A stretch of 64,000 nucleotides of DNA. Source: Ascidiella aspersa (Eukaryota). A model generated the notes under the pieces. The model was given only the letters and a program-made list of their open reading frames with translations, made no database searches and was not told where the DNA came from. Shown here piece after piece: positions 60,949 through 64,000 of this stretch (position 1 is its first letter; every line of letters begins with the position of its first letter). The stretch covers positions 26,474,001-26,538,000 of the forward strand of contig OZ004615.1 of NCBI GenBank assembly GCA_963924565.1. The letters run 5' to 3'. Position numbers and translations under genes: made by a program.

Positions 60949-63900
60949 TGTCACGAACACAAATATTGTGCGCGTTATTTAGAGAAATACTTCGACGTTT
61001 TTTCCAGTCTGAATACCCAGAAGTGTTACCCTGCAGTTAGATTTCTGAAGCCCTCAAAACCACATGTTTTCACAGCCACGTTTAATGTAGAATAACCAGT
61101 TTTAACCGGTAAACATCACGCCACTTTTGGGGCATTATGACGTAACACAAAGGCAAATTGTAAACAACATAACAAAGTTTAACGCACAAAGAAAAGTTAC
61201 ATGGTTAGATTCTAATTTGTGACATCACCCCCAATTCAAGAGAAATTATCCAAATTTCTGTCAACAGTTATCAAATTAGAACACAACGAAAAACACTGCG
61301 AAACGAAAACAACAAAGCACATCACGCACGATATATAATACACAGTTACAGTATTCAGCGTAGGCGACTCATAAAGTCTGCGCCAACGTTATCTATACCC
61401 TTAATACACTCGTATTTAATACGATAATTTTGCAGGAACATTGCCCATCTCATAACGCGATCATTTGCAAATTTCGCGCTTTCCAAATACACCAACGGTT
61501 GGTGGTCTGTCTGAAGGACAAAGCCAGCACCATACAGGTATATTCTGAACTTCCGTATTGCCCAAACAATGGCAAGACACTCCTTCTCGATGGTGGAGTA
61601 GTTCTTCTCAGCGTGGTTCAACTTCTTGCTAGCATAGCTAACTGGAAAACACTTCCCATCGTGTTCTTGCATCAGCACAGCACCTAGTCCGTTGTCGGAC
61701 GCATCAGTGCGCAATACAAATGGTTTAGTGATGTCAGGCAAATGAAGTATAGGGTCGTTTAAAAGACTGCCCTTCAGTGAACGGAATGCGGCCTCCTGCG
61801 CACCTCCCCAGTTCACCACATTCGGTTGACCCTTTTTTGTCAGATCGGTCAGTGGAGAAGCAACCGCTGCATACTGGGGTATAAAATCCCGGTAGTATCC
61901 GGTAAGCCCGAGAAACGATCTAACTTCTTTCTTAGTTGATGGTCTTTGCGCCATTTTAATCTTTTGGACATTGTCATTCTGGAGTCCGATAACGCCCTGG
62001 TTAATGCTGTGCCCCAGAAAATCGACGTTATCTGTACCAACCACGCACTTCGATGGTTTAATTGTAACACCTGCGTCCCGAAGTCGCTGAAATAAGGTGT
62101 CTAGAACAGTCATGTGCTCCTCCCACGTCGTAGAGTGGACGATAATGTCATCAATATAACTTTCCACGTTATTAAGTCCTTGCAGCAAAATCCTCATAGC
62201 CCGAACAAATGTGGCACTGGAGTTCATCATACCGAACGGCATTTTGAGAAACTCAAAACTTCCTTCGGTGGTCACAAACGCGGTCTTTTTTATATCATCC
62301 TTTGCAACAGGAACCTGCCAGTAACCCTTCGTCAAATCGATTTTTGTAAAGAAGCGATCACCTCCAAGTTTTTGAAAAACATCCGTTACTGTCGTCATCG
62401 GCTCTGGGTCAAATGTTGTCACTTTGTTTAACTTCCGATAGTCTATACAAATTCTGTTAGTCCCATCTTTCTTCGCTACAACTACCACTGGAGAGGCATA
62501 TGCTGAATCGGATCGCCTAATTATGCCCAACCGTAGCATTTCGTCCATGTCCTTCTTTAAACTGTCGCGTAACTTGTATGGGACGGCGTAAGGCTTGGAA
62601 CGAACTGGTCGTTCATCCGTTAACTTTACTTCGTGTTGAACGAAGTTCATGTTGCCAGGTACGTCGCTAAACACACTGCTGTAATTCTTAGCCAGTGCAA
62701 CTGCCTCTGATACCTGAGTGTCCGTCAAGTTTTTGCCGTAACTCACGTCGTTCAGAGTCCCTTTCTCGGAAAATGAACACAGCTCCAGTAAATCGTCATC
62801 ATTTTCTACTTCATCCGTCAGGGTCGCCGAACACGCATCAACATTTTTCGGCTTATCAGTTGGGTCGTCAATTCGCGCGATATTTTGCTTCAACAAGTTA
62901 ATGTGAAACGTCTTCCCTTTTCCCCCAACATCCAGCACGTAGTCGCCGAGTCCGGTCCTCTTTTGCACAACAAATGGACCCTTCCACTGCATAAGCAGTT
63001 TGTTGTTATCCGTCGGCAACAAAACGAGAGCCTTATCGCCTTCTTCCAAACTTCTGAACTTTGATTGTTTGTCAAAATACTTTTTATACCGCTCGTGTGA
63101 TTTTTCCAGCTCCGTCTGAGCAATTTTCAGTGTGTCCTCCATACGCTGCTTTAAGTCAAAAACATACCTGTAACTGCTTCGCACATTGGGTTCCGTTGAC
63201 GCGTTCGTCCACAATTCCTTCAGAATAGACATGGGTCCACGGACAGTCCTCCCATACAGCAATTCAAACGGCGCAAAACCTGTAGATTCTTGCGGCACCT
63301 CACGGTAAGCAAATAACAGCGCGTTTATGTATCGATGCCACTGCTTAGGTTGGTCGCAGCACAGGCGCCTAAGCATTCTCTTCAATGTTCCATTAAACTT
63401 TTCCACCAGCCCGTTACACATCGGGTGATACGGAGTCGTTGTCAAATGACGTATTCTTAACAGTCTTTCCACCTCCTTCATGCAGTCCGATACGAACTGA
63501 GTTCCCAAGTCGCTTAAAATCTCATCGGGTATTCCGAGGCGACTGTACATATCAACTAAAGCTTCCGCCACCGCTTCGGTTGTGATCGCTTTCAATGAAA
63601 CCGCTTCTGGATAGCGAGTCGCATAGTCCACTAGAGTAAGTATATAGCGGTGACCGTCCTCACTCGCTGGGTAGATTGGACCAATCAAATCAACTGCCAC
63701 ACGTTTGAAAGGTACATCAATCAGGGGCATCTTTTCCATCGGCACCCTCGGAACGTTGCCTTTGCTCACTGTCCGTTGGCATATGTCACACGACCTACAA
63801 AACCGCTTGACGTCATCCTTGAGACCGGGCCAATAAAAATCGGAAAGGATTTTATCAGCCGTCTTTTTAATGCCCATGTGTCCTCCCATCATGGCGTCGT

Positions 63901-64000
63901 GAGCGAGCTCCATTATTTTCCGGCGCAAGCTACTTGGTACAACCAGCTGCCGGATCCACCTTCCACCATTAACTTTTGGGTGCTGATAATTCCTATACAG
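60949..64000 (-). mobile_element. Gmr1-like Ty3/Gypsy LTR retrotransposon, 3' part (continues past the window edge)
   Basis: 3' LTR 60949-61224 bounded by TGTCAC...GTGACA; purine tract GGGGGTGA directly before it on the minus strand; pol ORF with INT upstream of RT. Confidence 0.9.
61355..64000 (-). CDS. Pol polyprotein with order INT-RT-RNase H (5'-partial)
   Basis: The frame is open to the window edge (LYRNYQHP..QLVVP). INT HHCC, AVDLIGP, LSDLGTQF, LVEKFNG and GPF come first, then RT (MPFGMMNS, YIDDII), then RNase H (TDASD, EKECLA, TDHQPL, ADFMSR). Confidence 0.93.
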   Translation of the reverse strand: MYRNYQHPKVNGGRWIRQLVVPSSLRRKIMELAHDAMMGGHMGIKKTADKILSDFYWPGLKDDVKRFCRSCDICQRTVSKGNVPRVPMEKMPLIDVPFKRVAVDLIGPIYPASEDGHRYILTLVDYATRYPEAVSLKAITTEAVAEALVDMYSRLGIPDEILSDLGTQFVSDCMKEVERLLRIRHLTTTPYHPMCNGLVEKFNGTLKRMLRRLCCDQPKQWHRYINALLFAYREVPQESTGFAPFELLYGRTVRGPMSILKELWTNASTEPNVRSSYRYVFDLKQRMEDTLKIAQTELEKSHERYKKYFDKQSKFRSLEEGDKALVLLPTDNNKLLMQWKGPFVVQKRTGLGDYVLDVGGKGKTFHINLLKQNIARIDDPTDKPKNVDACSATLTDEVENDDDLLELCSFSEKGTLNDVSYGKNLTDTQVSEAVALAKNYSSVFSDVPGNMNFVQHEVKLTDERPVRSKPYAVPYKLRDSLKKDMDEMLRLGIIRRSDSAYASPVVVVAKKDGTNRICIDYRKLNKVTTFDPEPMTTVTDVFQKLGGDRFFTKIDLTKGYWQVPVAKDDIKKTAFVTTEGSFEFLKMPFGMMNSSATFVRAMRILLQGLNNVESYIDDIIVHSTTWEEHMTVLDTLFQRLRDAGVTIKPSKCVVGTDNVDFLGHSINQGVIGLQNDNVQKIKMAQRPSTKKEVRSFLGLTGYYRDFIPQYAAVASPLTDLTKKGQPNVVNWGGAQEAAFRSLKGSLLNDPILHLPDITKPFVLRTDASDNGLGAVLMQEHDGKCFPVSYASKKLNHAEKNYSTIEKECLAIVWAIRKFRIYLYGAGFVLQTDHQPLVYLESAKFANDRVMRWAMFLQNYRIKYECIKGIDNVGADFMSRLR

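Overview
AT-rich eukaryotic (invertebrate) genomic DNA with compact GT-AG introns. A tunicate/ascidian origin is plausible but only inferred. Host genes: the 3' part of BAG6 (+, 19-~10365), an intronless ankyrin-repeat/MYND gene (-, 10893-12080), PLEKHM1 (+, 13124-36196; RUN-PH-Rubicon homology), an intronless DAO-family FAD oxidoreductase (+, 46947-48017), GDP-fucose transporter SLC35C1 (+, 48621-50899) and kynureninase KYNU (+, 53986-59645). Mobile DNA: a very young full-length CsRn1-clade Ty3/Gypsy element in PLEKHM1 intron 2 (13828-21460), a Gmr1-type Gypsy with INT upstream of RT at the right edge, several hAT MITEs with 8-bp TSDs, Helentron/HINE-like repeats, and a tRNA-like unit next to a candidate minimal hammerhead ribozyme. 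There are three large tandem arrays (34-bp, ~30-bp, 24-bp). Most notable: the two intronic minisatellites appear to be built from splice signals. The 34-mer amplifies the probable PLEKHM1 exon/5' splice-site junction about 128 times, and the 24-mer in KYNU repeats a branchpoint...YAG-like unit up to the real acceptor. Exon models were assembled by eye and need RNA-seq confirmation.
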